From Octopus vulgaris (taxonomy: Eukaryota), in contig OX597824.1 in the NCBI GenBank assembly GCA_951406725.2, positions 26,102,001-26,166,000 on the forward strand: a DNA stretch of 64,000 bases, given 5' to 3'. The position numbers and the translations under genes were made by a program. The notes under the pieces are model-generated. The model had not been told where the DNA came from and ran no database searches. It worked only from the letters and a program-made list of their open reading frames with translations. Of the stretch, positions 13,781 through 26,449 are shown in pieces. The number at the start of each line of letters is the position of its first letter. Position 1 is the first letter of the stretch.

Positions 13781-14278
13781 AAGTAAGAAATCTTTGCCGT
13801 CTCGCTTCTCCACTTCTGTGAATCACAGAGAAGATCGACCTTTGTATCTCAGTTTCGTACAAGTGGTCCACTTCCTGTCTGTTTCAAAGAATAAAATAGT
13901 ACACAAGACTTTTTTCAGAATGAGGGGGAAAAAATCCTCAAAAAAAAAAAAAACCCACTTTTTTTTTTTTATCAAAGGGCAGCAAAACTTTAGAAAAAAA
14001 AGTGGGTTTAACTTTTTTTTTCGCGAAGAAAAAGATAAAATAAAGACTAAAAGCTTTTTCAAAAAAATCTAAAAACGTAGAACGAATTATGGTGAGGATA
14101 GAATGGTGGCAGCGGCGGTGGTGGTAGTGGCGAGGAAGCGATGGTAGTGATAGAGGTGGGATGGGTGATGAGGCGCAAGGGAATGAGGGTGGGTGGGGAA
14201 GGATTGTGAAAGAACCTCCTTCTCACAGCTGCTGAGATTTTGTCAAAAAAGCTAGCAACTGCTTCAAATGCAAGTTTC

Positions 14279-14279
<1 letters not shown>

Positions 14280-14371
<92 letters not shown>

Positions 14372-14710
14372 CAGTGAGAGAGGGAAAGTGAGAGTGTGTG
14401 AGAGAGAGAAGGAGGGAGACGAGAGAACAGAAAGAGTGGAACAGAGAGAGTGGGAAAGAGAGGGAGAAAAAGAGGGAGAGAGAGGAAGAGTGGGATAGAG
14501 AGAAAGAGAGAGTGGAGGAGAGAGGGAGAGAGAGAAGGAGGGAGACGAGAGAACAGAAAGAGTGGAACAGAGAGAGTGGGAAAGAGAGGGAGAAAGAGAG
14601 GGAGAGAGAGGAAGAGTGGGATAGAGAGAAAGAGAGAGTGGAGGAGAGAGGGAAAGAGAGAGAAAGAGAGAGAGAGAAAGAGAGAGAGAGAAAGAGAGAA
14701 AGAGAGAGAG
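14280..14710 (+). repeat. (TG)n-(TA)n followed by a polypurine GA tract with an internal duplication of about 130 bp
   Basis: Directly visible. Confidence 0.95.
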
Positions 14711-16173
14711 GTGTTCTGGAACTTTTTACCATCTGCAAAGTCATCTCCCTCATCTAACTCACATTTATATTTTGTGAAAAACAAGCAAAACAGCAGCTTT
14801 CTTTCATCCGTTTCTTTTCAATTCTCTTCTTATTTTTCGTTCATTCATTCAGTTATTCATTCAATCTCTCGTTCTTTTTTCTTTTTCCCTTCTAACTTCC
14901 ATTTCTCTTTTATCGCTTTCGTTTTCCTATCTCCCTTCTTATTCTCGCTTTCATTTCTTTTTATCAGCTCTTCTTCATTTTCATTTTATTCCTTTTTCCC
15001 TTTCCCCCCCCACTTATTTTTTTCCTTCTATTTCATTCTCCATTCTTATTTCTTTTGTGCCTTTCATTTAAAAAAAAATTTCTTCCAAATGATATTCATG
15101 CCCTTCACAAAAAACATTTGATGCATAAATGAAGTAAAACAGCTTCAACCAGGAAATGAAACCGTGCACATCTTCCTACTGTCGCAAACCTATCTCTTGT
15201 GGAAAGAGCCCGTTTCTTGTTTCTTCATAACATCAATTATCTTTCTTTTCTTTTCTTTCGGGGAACAACGCCAAGTATTTTTGCGGAAAGAGGAAATATA
15301 GTGCTGTGACTTTCGTACTTTCCCTACGTGTATTAGTGACATCAATATAATATAAAGGTTTCAACCGGAAGCGGAAGCTGAAACCAAAAAACTACTCTAG
15401 TGTATCAAAAGTGTTTTTCTTTCTTTTATTTTTTTTGGTTTTCTTTTCACACTACTAGTCTCACTATGTTTTTATATACAGCACCAAGGGCGGCGAACTG
15501 GCAGAATCGTTAGCACGCTGGGCGAAATGCGTAGCCGTATTTCGTCTGAGTTCAAATTCCACCGAGGTCGACTTTGCCTTTCATCCTTTCGGGGTCGATT
15601 AAATAAGTACCAGTTACGCACTGGGGTCGATGTAATCGACTTAATCCCTTTGTCTGTCCTTGTTTGTCCCCTCTATGTTTAACCCCTTGTGGGCAATAAA
15701 GAAATAAGAATCGTTAGCACGCCAGGCGAAATGCTTAACGGTGAGTTCAAATTCCGCCGAGGCTGACTTTGTCTTTCATCCTTTCGAGGTCGATAAATTA
15801 AATACCAGTTGCGTACTGGGGTAGATTTAATCGACTGGCTCTTTCCCCAAAAAATTTCGGGCCTTTTGTCTCGAGTAGAAAAGAATCGTTACCACGCCGC
15901 ACAAAATATTTTGCTGCGTTTCTTCTGGCTCAGTACATTCTGAGTTCAAATATCGCCGAAATCGACTTTACTTTTCATCCTTTCGGGGATCGATGAACTA
16001 GCACCTGGTGAGCACTGGGGGTCGATGTAATCAGTTGCCTCTTTCCCTCAAAATTACTGCCCTTGAATCTTTCAATGAACCGGCGTCGAGTTCAAAGGGC
16101 ACGTTGTGATCTCGGTCACTTATATGCCATGGGAACCGGGTCACTGGCCTTATAAGTCCTAAACAATAGTAGT

Positions 16174-16231
<58 letters not shown>

Positions 16232-16317
16232 TAGGGTACGGGCTGTAACAGTGCATCGCTGCATCGATCATTTATTTGTTGGTGATTCCCAATACTTGGC
16301 AGATGACACCTTTGCAC

Positions 16318-16636
16318 AACTCAGACGACACCCCTCTGGCCCATGGATACGTTTTAGGTCAATCGTTGCTGGTCTGAGTTTTATGAGGTCGGAGTGCGAA
16401 GCCTAGCTCAACCTCTTTTAGTCGCCTTTAACGGCACGCAGAGAAAACATCGGGTCTTTTCTCTGATATAGCAGTCTCCCACACAGCACAGGATAACTTT
16501 TGATGATAGGATCCCGGGGCCGTAATATGCGTTCGAGGTGTCGATGCTTACTGAGTCTTGCAGTTCGCATCAGTTCACGCTGATAGCCGTGCTCTTCATC
16601 GACGGACGAGCAGAGTGATCCCTCATCCAACGAGTT
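16318..16636 (-). pseudogene. Solitary diverged 5.8S rRNA-like sequence: 5' part 16636-16509, 160-nt insert, probable 3' part 16348-16318
   Basis: Minus strand reads GGATCACTCTGCTCGTCCGTCGATGAAGAGC...GCATCGACACCTCGAACGCATATTACGGCCCCGGGATCC, clearly homologous to eukaryotic 5.8S. No 18S is adjacent. Conserved motifs carry substitutions (GAATTGCAG to GAACTGCAA). Confidence 0.85.
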
Positions 16637-17445
16637 CTAGAGCTCAGAAAAAAAAATGATAATAAAAAATTAATGCTTGAAGAGAAAAAGTTGGCAGAAA
16701 GTTCTAGACTAATCTATTATGTATCAGATTTATTTCTCACAGAATTCTATTTTGGTTTAATTTCGTTTAATTTAAATTCCGTGATTGATCTCTTGTCTTT
16801 TTTTTTTTTTTACCAGAGCTAGTCATTAGGATGACATTTCTCATTAAGGGGGTGTAATTGTATTTATTAATGAACTGTCTTGGCTCGCCATGCATTTAGT
16901 ATTTTGCACATAATTAACTATTGGGTAAAGGTAGGTAATACACATAGTGGTGTTCGGAGGCACGAATGAAATATAGCTGAAGTGCAGGGCCAATGAAAGA
17001 CAGTGTTTATGTTAGTTTGCACTAAACGAGCAAATTTAAATTAATAATAAACAATATAAGCATTAATTTGAGTCAGAAAAGAGCCATGCATCTATTGTTT
17101 GTTGGGCAACTGCATTATCGGTTACACTACTGTGTACCAGTTAGGCACTCTTTTAAAAATTACGCGCTTAAATCTATTTTGCTTTGCGCTTTACTTGTTT
17201 GTTTTCTGTTGTGCTATATCCCTTTTTTTCTTTCTTTCTTTCTTTTACTTGTTTCAGTCATTTGACTGCGGCCATACTGGAGCACCGCCTTTAGTCGAGC
17301 AAATCGACCCAGGGTCTTATTCTTTGTAAGCCCAGTACTTATTCTGTCGGTCTCTTTTTGCCGAACCGCTAGGTGACGGGGACATAAACACACCAGCATC
17401 GGTTGTCAAGCAATGCTAGGGGGACAAACACAGACACACAAATAC

Positions 17446-17524
<79 letters not shown>

Positions 17525-17989
17525 TACGACAGGCTTCTTTCAGTTTTCGTCTACCAAATCCACTCACAAGGCATTGGTCGGCCCGGGGCTATAGGGAAGA
17601 CACTTGCCCAAGATGCCACGCAGTGGGACTGAACCCGGAACCATGTGGTTGGTTAGCAAGCTACTTACCACACAGCCACTCCTGCACCATCTCTATGTTC
17701 ACAAAGATAATTCGTCAGTCTTTTAACTTGAGCAAGATTGGTGAGTCAGACTGAAAACGTAAATTTAGATTGAGTAAATCGTTGAAGCAGTTTGTGTTGG
17801 AAAAGTTTTACTATGAAAGGCATGGATTATTATTATTATTAATATTATTATTATTATTATTATGAGAAGCAGTTCATGCCATCAAAGTGACACTGGGGTA
17901 AAATATACGAAGATTATTATTGTTATTAATATTGACCTTTAGTTAGAATTTTCTTCAGGTTGAGTAGCCCATCCCGCTCAAACGGTCCC

Positions 17990-18045
<56 letters not shown>

Positions 18046-18117
18046 GTTGTTGTTGTTGTTGTTGTCGTTGTCGTTGTCGTTGTCGTCGTCGTCGTCGTCA
18101 TCATCCTCATCATCATC

Positions 18118-18427
18118 ACCGTGCGCGCGTAAGCGAAAGCAGGGTATTGTAATCACTCGTCTTTGACTGTCTGTGTGTTTGCAAAATTACTGAAAAACGG
18201 CTGAACGGATTTCCCCCACATTTGGCAGAAATACTCTGGGTGAGTGGCTCGAAATGATGAAGATTTTGTTCGATTGTCTTAACTTATAAATTTCCCGATA
18301 AACAAGTGGTTATATTATTTTGTTCACTTTCTTTTTCATATGAATCAACCCTCTGTGTGTACAGAACATGGTGTACCTATGCTTATAGATACGTGTGCGA
18401 ACATACATACATACATACATACATACA

Positions 18428-18458
<31 letters not shown>

Positions 18459-18540
18459 CCGACACTCTATGTGTGTGTGTGTGTGTGTACTCAAATGGAT
18501 TCGAAGGTTTCGTTTATTCACGAATTGCTTTCTTAATTTC
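18118..18540 (+). mobile_element. Helentron-associated non-autonomous (HINE/DINE-like) element
   Basis: CGCGCGTAAGCGAAAGCAGGGTATTG, GTCTGTGTG repeats, AAAACGGCTGAACGGATTT...ATTTGG, and a T-rich end. Confidence 0.5.
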
Positions 18541-18690
18541 ATCGGAGTATAAATACCTATAATGGTGATATTAAAAAAAAAATCAATTCAGTTCACTTAA
18601 AGAGCATGGGTAAGCAACGCATTGCAAGCCACACAATAATTTGCCAAAACTTTATCTGCGCGCAGGAAATGCATCACTTCTTCGATTCCC

Positions 18691-18743
<53 letters not shown>

Positions 18744-18950
18744 CATCATCATCATCATCATTATCTAAGGCGGCGAAATGCTTAGCGGTATTTTGACCGT
18801 CACTGCGTTCTGAGTTCAAATTCCGCCGAGGTTGACTTTGTCTTTCATCCTTTTGGGGTCGATAAATTAAGAACCAGTTACATACTGAGGTCGATCTAAT
18901 CGACTGGCCCCTACCCCAAAATTTCTGGCCTTGTGCCTATAGTAGAAAGG

Positions 18951-19000
<50 letters not shown>

Positions 19001-19004
<4 letters not shown>

Positions 19005-19622
19005 TAGTTTTATTTTTATAGCGTGCTTTCACTTCACTACCGAGCGCAGCTCTGTGTGCCTTAGGTATGTGCTGTAATTTGTTGTGATGCTCTGATGGTT
19101 ATTGTATAGAAAGTGTTCTGCGTAGGAATTTTCTGTATGTTATATGTGTTTGTAAGTCCTGGTGTTTTTGTTATGTATTTGTCTGAATATTTTTTATCAT
19201 GCCTAATGCACCTACTATGATATGAATTGTTTCTGTTTTTAGATTCCACATTCTGGTTACCTCTATTTCCAGGTCTTTGTATTTTGAAAGTTTCTCCATT
19301 TCTTTTAGAGACACGTTGTCATCTGCGGTATTGATACATCAATTAGAAAGCATTTTTTTCTTCATGATCTCTGACAACTATATCTGGTCTGTTGGCCTTA
19401 ATTATCTGTGTGTATTATTATTGATTACCATCTTTTTTCTGTTGTTATTTATGTTGGCATAGCTTCCAGTGTATGTAGGTTCCAACTCTGTCATGTTTGT
19501 GAATATATTCCTTTTTAGCCAGGACTGCAGCCAGAGATAATATGATTTATTGTTTCTTGTCCATCTCCACATATTCTCTTGTTATATTTCGTTTCATTAC
19601 CTGGTGGGGAGCCTCCCACCAG
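19001..19622 (-). mobile_element. R4/Dong-type LINE 3' fragment between (ATT)n arrays
   Basis: Degenerate NRPDIVVRD...CFLID and GLTNTYNIQK motifs. The 3' UTR ends in (TAA)n. Confidence 0.75.
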
Positions 19623-19624
19623 AA

Positions 19625-19710
<86 letters not shown>

Positions 19711-20439
19711 GTCAACCTGTGAAGTCATACATGTTGGACCTCTGTAATTTGTAAGTGCTTAATCAAACATTTCGGCTGGTTGCAGTCTGTTTATTCAAAA
19801 TTTTATCAAACAAGTATTTTACTTACATTGTCTGGATCGTGGAAGTAACATTTTGTGTAATTGCACTCCCTTTTTGGGGGGTGTAATAATTGTCTTGCAC
19901 TTTTGCATTTTTTTGTGAAGACAGGATTTTATTCCTTTTTCCCATTAAAAAAAAATAAAAAAATAAAAAAAATGTCGGATTACGAAAAAATAATAATAAT
20001 AATAATCGACCAAAAGCAGCGTTCTGTCGTAACTCCGAACAGAAACGCAACGGAAGGTAAAATATATTTCTTACCAAAGAGAAATATAATTGCTTCTTGT
20101 TGCTACGACGACAGTAACAAGTGCAAAAGTACCAGTAGCAACGATAATGAGGACGACGACTACAGCAGCAGCAGCAGCAGCAACTATGTGAACGGCACAA
20201 ACAACAGAAACAACAACAATAATAGCAATTTTCTTTCTTTCTTTTACTTGTTTCAGTCATTTGACTTCGGCCATGCTGGAGCACCGCCTTTAATCGAGCA
20301 ACTCGACCCCGTGACTTATTCTTTTTGTAAGCCCAGTACTTATTCTATCGGTCTCTTTTTGCCGAACCGCAAAGTGGCGGGGACATAAAGACACCAGCAT
20401 CGGTTGTCAAGCAATGCTAGGGGGACAAACACAGACACA

Positions 20440-20505
<66 letters not shown>

Positions 20506-21099
20506 CATACATATATACGACGGGCTTCTTTCAGTTTCCGTCTACCAAATCCACTCACAAGGCTTTTCTCGGCCCGAGGCTACAGTAGAAGACACTTGCC
20601 CAAGGTGCCACGCAGTAGGACTGAACCCGGAACCATGTGGTTTGTAAACAAGCTACTTACCACACAGCCACTCCTGCGCCTGTATCAACAACATCAACAA
20701 CAAGATGAACAAGATCGAAAACAAAAACAAAAAAACACGAACAAGATTGAAAACAAGAACAGTGATAACTGTGGAAAACCAATAGCAACGACGACGGCGA
20801 CGACACCACCACTACCAACAACAGCAGCAGAAGGCGCAATGGCCCAGTGGTTAGGGCAGCGGAATCGCGGTCGTAAGAACGCGGTTTCGATTCTCAGACC
20901 GGGCATTGTGAGTGTTTATTGAACAAAAACACCTAATCTCCACGAGGCTCCGGCAGGGAGGGGCGGTGAACCCCGTTGTACTCCTTCACCACAACTTTCT
21001 CTCACTCTTTCTTCCTACTTCTGTCACAAAGCAGAAGAACCATGGTGTAACCCACTATGGTGTGGTAAACTTTCAGTCCCTAGTCTAGATTGCGAATCC

Positions 21100-23160
21100 T
21101 CTGTACCTCAGGATGGTTCAGCTCTCCACCCGTTAAAAGCCACCGTTTACGGAATGAGGATAACAACGTAAATTTCGCGCCCGTGCTACCCTCATTCTAT
21201 CACGTGCGGTGGATGGATCTTCAAGTTTCCACACGCATTCTTTGTAGCTTAGAGTAGGCTCGAATTAGAGATTATTCTTTGTGGTCAATGGCGTGAGTCC
21301 TGATTGGAAGAAGAAGAAGAAGAAGAAGAAGAAGAAGAAGAAGAAGAAGAAGAAGAAGAAGAAGAAGAAGAAGAAGAAAAAAGAAGACGAATAATAATAA
21401 GAAGAATGGCTACTATAACTTGCACTTCCCCAGCTTTTGTAATGATTCTCCATTACATGGGTAAAAGGTTGACTCGAATTCGAGTCAAAAACGTGCCATG
21501 TCACTGTAACCCGGCGAGGGTTTTAGCTATTCTGGAGGAGCATGGGGAGATTGTGGATGTGAAGTCCACCCTACAACCCAACAGGGCTGGAATTCTTATG
21601 GAATTCCAGATACTAATTTCTCCAGAAAGAAAGAAATCTCATTCCCGAATTTTTCTGTCTCGAGAATGCGAACAGATGCCAGTTTCTATATATATAGAAG
21701 GGGTGGGGAACAGAAGTGTTTTGTGTGTGAGAATTCGAACCACCTCAAAGCCTCGCGGTGGAGAAGGAAGCACGAAGCTCTCCACCGATACTACCAACTC
21801 CTCAAGGTGAGGAAAAAACTATTACCTCGCATTTGCCTCCTTCCTCCGACTCAGGCCTCGCAAAAGCTAAGTACTCGTCCACTTCGCACCAAAAGGCCTT
21901 TGTTGGAGATAAGAGAAAGACTGAATATGAACCAAACAGAGACCGGCCCAAATTTAAGGCCCTAAAACCTGACGGTAAAAAAACATAAGTCCGTTACAAC
22001 ACCAATTGAAAAGCAAATCAACACCAATATCAACATGTTCATTACAAGACAACCCATTTTTACAAACACATTCACAACCACAAACAACTCGAAAATAAAA
22101 GAAACATCCGAAAAACAAAATGACCAGCAGTCACACTCTCGGGTATGTGCTTCCTTCATCAGCTTCACTTTTTTTTCCGAAGAACAACACTGAAATGATT
22201 GAGGAAGTAGTTAATAATAAAAAAACATTACAAGTGGGGAAGGTTTTCCGGAACTCCTCCAGAAAACTCCACTGGACAGGATGTTGTTAATCCAAACAGA
22301 TACGGATACGTATCTTGATATGAAAGAGAACCCCTCCCCCCAGGACATTGGAGTGTTCAGTAAGTTCTTATGCATAAGATCTGGTCATCAAATCTAAGTA
22401 GAGACTTCAAACTTGAAATCTTCAAAGCCCCAGTCGAACCAATTCTACTATATGGCTCAGAAACCTAGACGTTATCAAAGAAGCTTGAGAGGCGGTTGGA
22501 TGGAACCTACACTCGCCTCCTTATGAGAGCTCAAAATCTCTCGTGGAAGCGTCATCCAACCAAAATGCAAATATATGGGAAACTACCACCTGTGTCATCT
22601 CTTGTGAAAGGTAGGAGAGTCCAGTTTGCTGGACATTGTTGTAGAGCTGAAAAAGAAGTAATTTCTACTCTTCTCCTCTGGAAGCCATCTACTCGCAATA
22701 CCAGAGGGACACACACTCTCCTACCCTGATGTAATCTCCAGGGATACAGGCATCCAGCAACAGGACCTCCGTAATGCCATGATGGACCGTGAAGTCTGGC
22801 GTAGCATGGCAAATTCCATTGTCTCGACCACGGTCGAACAATGATGATGATGATGTTCGGTAAGTTATCCCCCTCCCACCAAAAAAAGAAAAAAGAAAAA
22901 GAAACACTACCTAGAAAAACTCTTCCTCATTACCCCCTCGAACAAAATGAAAACTGTCAATTGTCATCCCTGGAGATCAAGGTATGTAATTCCATTTTCT
23001 TTCCTCTAAGCTAAATGGCTACACTTAGAGTTGGCTGTGTAAATGTTCGAGGTCTGGGTTCGGCTAGGAAACAGGGTCACCTGCTCAACGATCTCAGGTC
23101 CTTAAATTTAGAAGTGATAGCAATTAGTGAGATGAGAATTACCGGGAAATGTGCATGTTT
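21100..23160 (+). mobile_element. Tx1/L1-type LINE 5' half: 5' UTR, frameshifted gag-like ORF1 (about 21407-22200) and start of the APE-endonuclease ORF2 (23015)
   Basis: ORF1 has YMGKRLTRIRVKNVP...HGEIVDV (RRM-like) and KCFVCENSNHLKAS (CCHC-knuckle-like). ORF2 starts MATLRVGCVNVRGL...VIAISE (APE motifs NVRG and SE). Confidence 0.85.
22367..22853 (+). mobile_element. 5'-truncated RTE-X-like LINE inserted in the Tx1 element
   Basis: VEPILLYGSET...QFAGHCCR...DREVWR, 3' hairpin TCGACCACGGTCGA plus (ATG)n, and TSD TGTTC(A/G)GTAAGTT at 22354 and 22854. Confidence 0.9.
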
Positions 23161-24490
23161 CTTGACGCCAGAAGAAATCTGGACTCCCAGCCCCTGTCAG
23201 AGCATACACGGCCACCAATCTAAAGGCACTACCTTCACCGCCATTCACATCTAGGACCATCAACCCCACAAAATGCAGGCCTTGTGCCCATAGAAGAAAG
23301 GATTATTATTATTATTAAGGTGGCGAGCTGGCAGAAACGTTAGCGCGCCGGGCGAAATGCGTAGCCATATTTCGTCTGCATTTACGTTCTGAGTTCAAAT
23401 TCCGCCGAGGTCGACTTTGCCTTTCATCCTTTCGGGGTCGATTAAATAAGTACCAGTTACGCATTGGGGTCGATATAATCGACTTAATCCGCTTGTCTGT
23501 CCTTGTTTGTCCTCTCTGTGTTTAGCCTCTTGTGGGTAGTAAAGAAATAGATATTTCGTCTGCCGCTACGTTCTGAGTTCAAATTCCGCCGAGGTCGACT
23601 TTGCCTTTCATCCTTTCGGGGTCGATTAAATAAGTACCAGTTACGCATTGGGGTCGATATAATCGACTTAATCCGTTTGTCTGTCCTTGTTTGTCCTCTG
23701 TGTTTAGCCCCTTGTTGGTAGTAAAGAAATAGGTACTTTATCTGTCTTTACGTTCCGAGTTCAAATTCCACCGAGGTCGACTTCGCGTTTCATCCTTTTG
23801 GGGGGTTGATAAAACAAGTACCAGTTGAACACCCAAGTCGATGTAATCGATTCATCCCCTTCTCCAAAATTGCTGCCCTTGTGCCAAAATTTGAAGACAT
23901 TATTATTATCATTACTTGTCTTTGATAAGATGGAACGCTCCGAGAGAACACACATAAGTAGTTCATTACAGATATTGCGGTACTACTCTGAAGATAGTTC
24001 GTTAAGATGACAGTTCAAGATTGAACGAAGAGTTTTGGATTCAAGGCCAGTGATAGGAAAATATTCGTTCAATTTCATTCATTTAAAACAGTTTCAGCTA
24101 TTTCTATAAGATTCTACAAGTGATAGCTTTTACTGTCTTATCACTCGTTTATCTCGTCAATACACTGAACTGAGTATTGATAGAAACATGTCTTTGAAGT
24201 GCAAAAGCTTCAGGCTCTCCAATCTCTGTTAAAATAGTGAAGATAACGTGAGAGAGAAAAAGCGAGAGAGAGCGAGAGAGAATAAGCAAGGGAGAAGAGA
24301 TTGTAAAAGGTGAAAGAGGGAGGGCTAGAAAGTGAGTGAGAGAGAGAGAGAGAGAGAGAAGTGGGAAGTGAGAAAGCATTTTTAGCGACTTTTGCTGCAC
24401 AGGAGGTGTTTGAGAAAGGTATTTCGTTCAGGACTAAGCTAAGAAAGTGTTTTGTGGGATAGCTGTAATAATTTCTTTATTATTAGCATC

Positions 24491-24910
24491 AGGCGCAGGA
24501 GTGGCTGTGTGGTACGTAGCTTGCTAACCAACCACATGGTTCCAGGTTCAGTCCCACTGCGTGGCATCTTGGGCAAGTGTCTTCTGCTATAGCCCCGGGC
24601 CGACCAATGCCCTGTGAGTGGATTTGGTAGACGGAAACTGAAAGAAGCCTGTCGTATATATGTTTATATATATATGTATGTGTGTGTGTTTGTGTCTGTG
24701 TTTGTTCTCCTAGCATTGCTTGACAACCGATGCTGGTGTGTTTACGTCCCCGTCACTTAGCGGTTCGAAAAAAAAAAAAGAGACCGATAGAATAAGTACT
24801 GGGCTTACAAAAAGAATAAGTCCCGGGGTCGAGTTGCTCGATTAAAGGCGGTGCTCCAGCATGGCCGCAGTCAAATGACTGAAACAAGTAAAAGAGTAAA
24901 GAGTAAAGAG
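24491..24910 (+). mobile_element. SINE family A (tRNA-derived head, internal TA/TG microsatellite, CR1/L2-like tail); representative copy
   Basis: GGCGCAGGAGTGGCTGTGTGGTA...GGTTCAGTCCCAC head and tail GGTGCTCCAGCATGGCCGCAGTC...(GTAAAAGA)n. Near-identical minus copies at about 17240, 20238, 25065, 28412, 34037, 48305, 50215, 54169 and 62757, plus many older partial copies. Confidence 0.92.
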
Positions 24911-25273
24911 AGAGTCCTCTCATGCTTTCAGTAACAGACGTGTGGATAGAGGTTTCAAGATATGTGGGGATAGACAAAACAAAATTATTTAAAAACGACA
25001 GGGACAAAGGAGTTATAACCCCCCCCCCCCACACACACACACACACGTACATATATGGGCATACTTTTTTACTCTTTTACTTGATTCAGTCATTTGACTG
25101 CGGCCATGCTGGAGCACCGCCTTTAATCGAGCAACTCGACCCCGGGACTTATTCTTTTGTAAGCCCAGTACTTATTCTATCGGTCTCTTTTGCCGAACCG
25201 CTAAGTAACGGGGACATAAACACACCAGCATCGGTTGTCAAGCAATGCTAGGGGACAAACAGACACACACACA

Positions 25274-25329
<56 letters not shown>

Positions 25330-25835
25330 TACGACGGGCTTCTTTCAGTTTCCGTCTACCAAATCCACTCACAAGGCTTTGGTCGACCCGAGGCTATAGT
25401 AGAAGACACTTGCCCAAGGTGCCACGCAGTGGGACTGAACCCGGACCCATGTGGTTGGTAGACAAGCTACTTACCACACAACCACTCCTGCGCCTATGGG
25501 CATGTTTAAAAATTTGATTCAATAAAAACAGAAAACAGACAAATAACCGCAAGCATGGCTCTGTAGTTAAGAAGGCCGATTTACAATCAAGTGATTTTAA
25601 GTTCAATCCTACTGTGTGACACCTTGGCCAAAATGTTTTTTTCTATAATCCCGGGCCAGCTAAAGTTTTGTGAGTGAATTTGGCAGACAGAAACTGCGTG
25701 GAAACCCATCGTGTATGTATGTATGTACGTATAATTGTTCAGTTTTACTTCAAGATTTTTTGCCAATAGAGAAAGAGCCGGTTTCGAACCTAGATTCAAC
25801 GCTTCTTCATTGGAATTTCAACATCAACAATAGGG

Positions 25836-25881
<46 letters not shown>

Positions 25882-25933
25882 TGTATGTATGTATGTATGT
25901 ATGTATGTATGTATGTATGTATGTATGTATGTA

Positions 25934-25971
<38 letters not shown>

Positions 25972-26320
25972 TGTGTGTGGAGGCGCAATGGCCCAGTGGT
26001 TAAGGCAGGGGACTCGCGGTCGGAGGATCGCGGTTTCGATTCCCAGACCAGGCGTTGTGTGTGTTTATTGAGCGAAAACACCTAAAAGCTCCACTAGGCT
26101 CCGGCAGGGGGGGGCGTGGCGACTCCTGTTGTACTCTTTCGCCACAACTTTCTCTCATTCTCTCTTCCTGTTTCGTGAATAACGCTGCGATGGACTGGCG
26201 TCCCGTCCAGCTGGGGGGGGGGGACACATACGCTACAGAAACTGGGAAACCGGGCCCATGAGCCTGGCTAGGCTTGAAAAGGGCGACATTTATCGTTTAT
26301 GTATGTATGTATTATATATG

Positions 26321-26364
<44 letters not shown>

Positions 26365-26449
26365 GATTTGTATGTTTTGTTTCATGTATGTATTCTCATG
26401 CATATAGTTACATATCTAGACATGCTCATATATATTCAAATGATAAACT

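Noticed and set aside
12036-14072. Long F/L/S-rich membrane-protein-like ORFs
   Set aside because: A polypyrimidine tract lacks stop codons by composition.
19821-19900. Minus-strand donor AAT|GTAAGT preceded by CYFHDPDN or MLLPRSRQ
   Set aside because: The motif is too short to assign, and no acceptor or downstream exon was identified.
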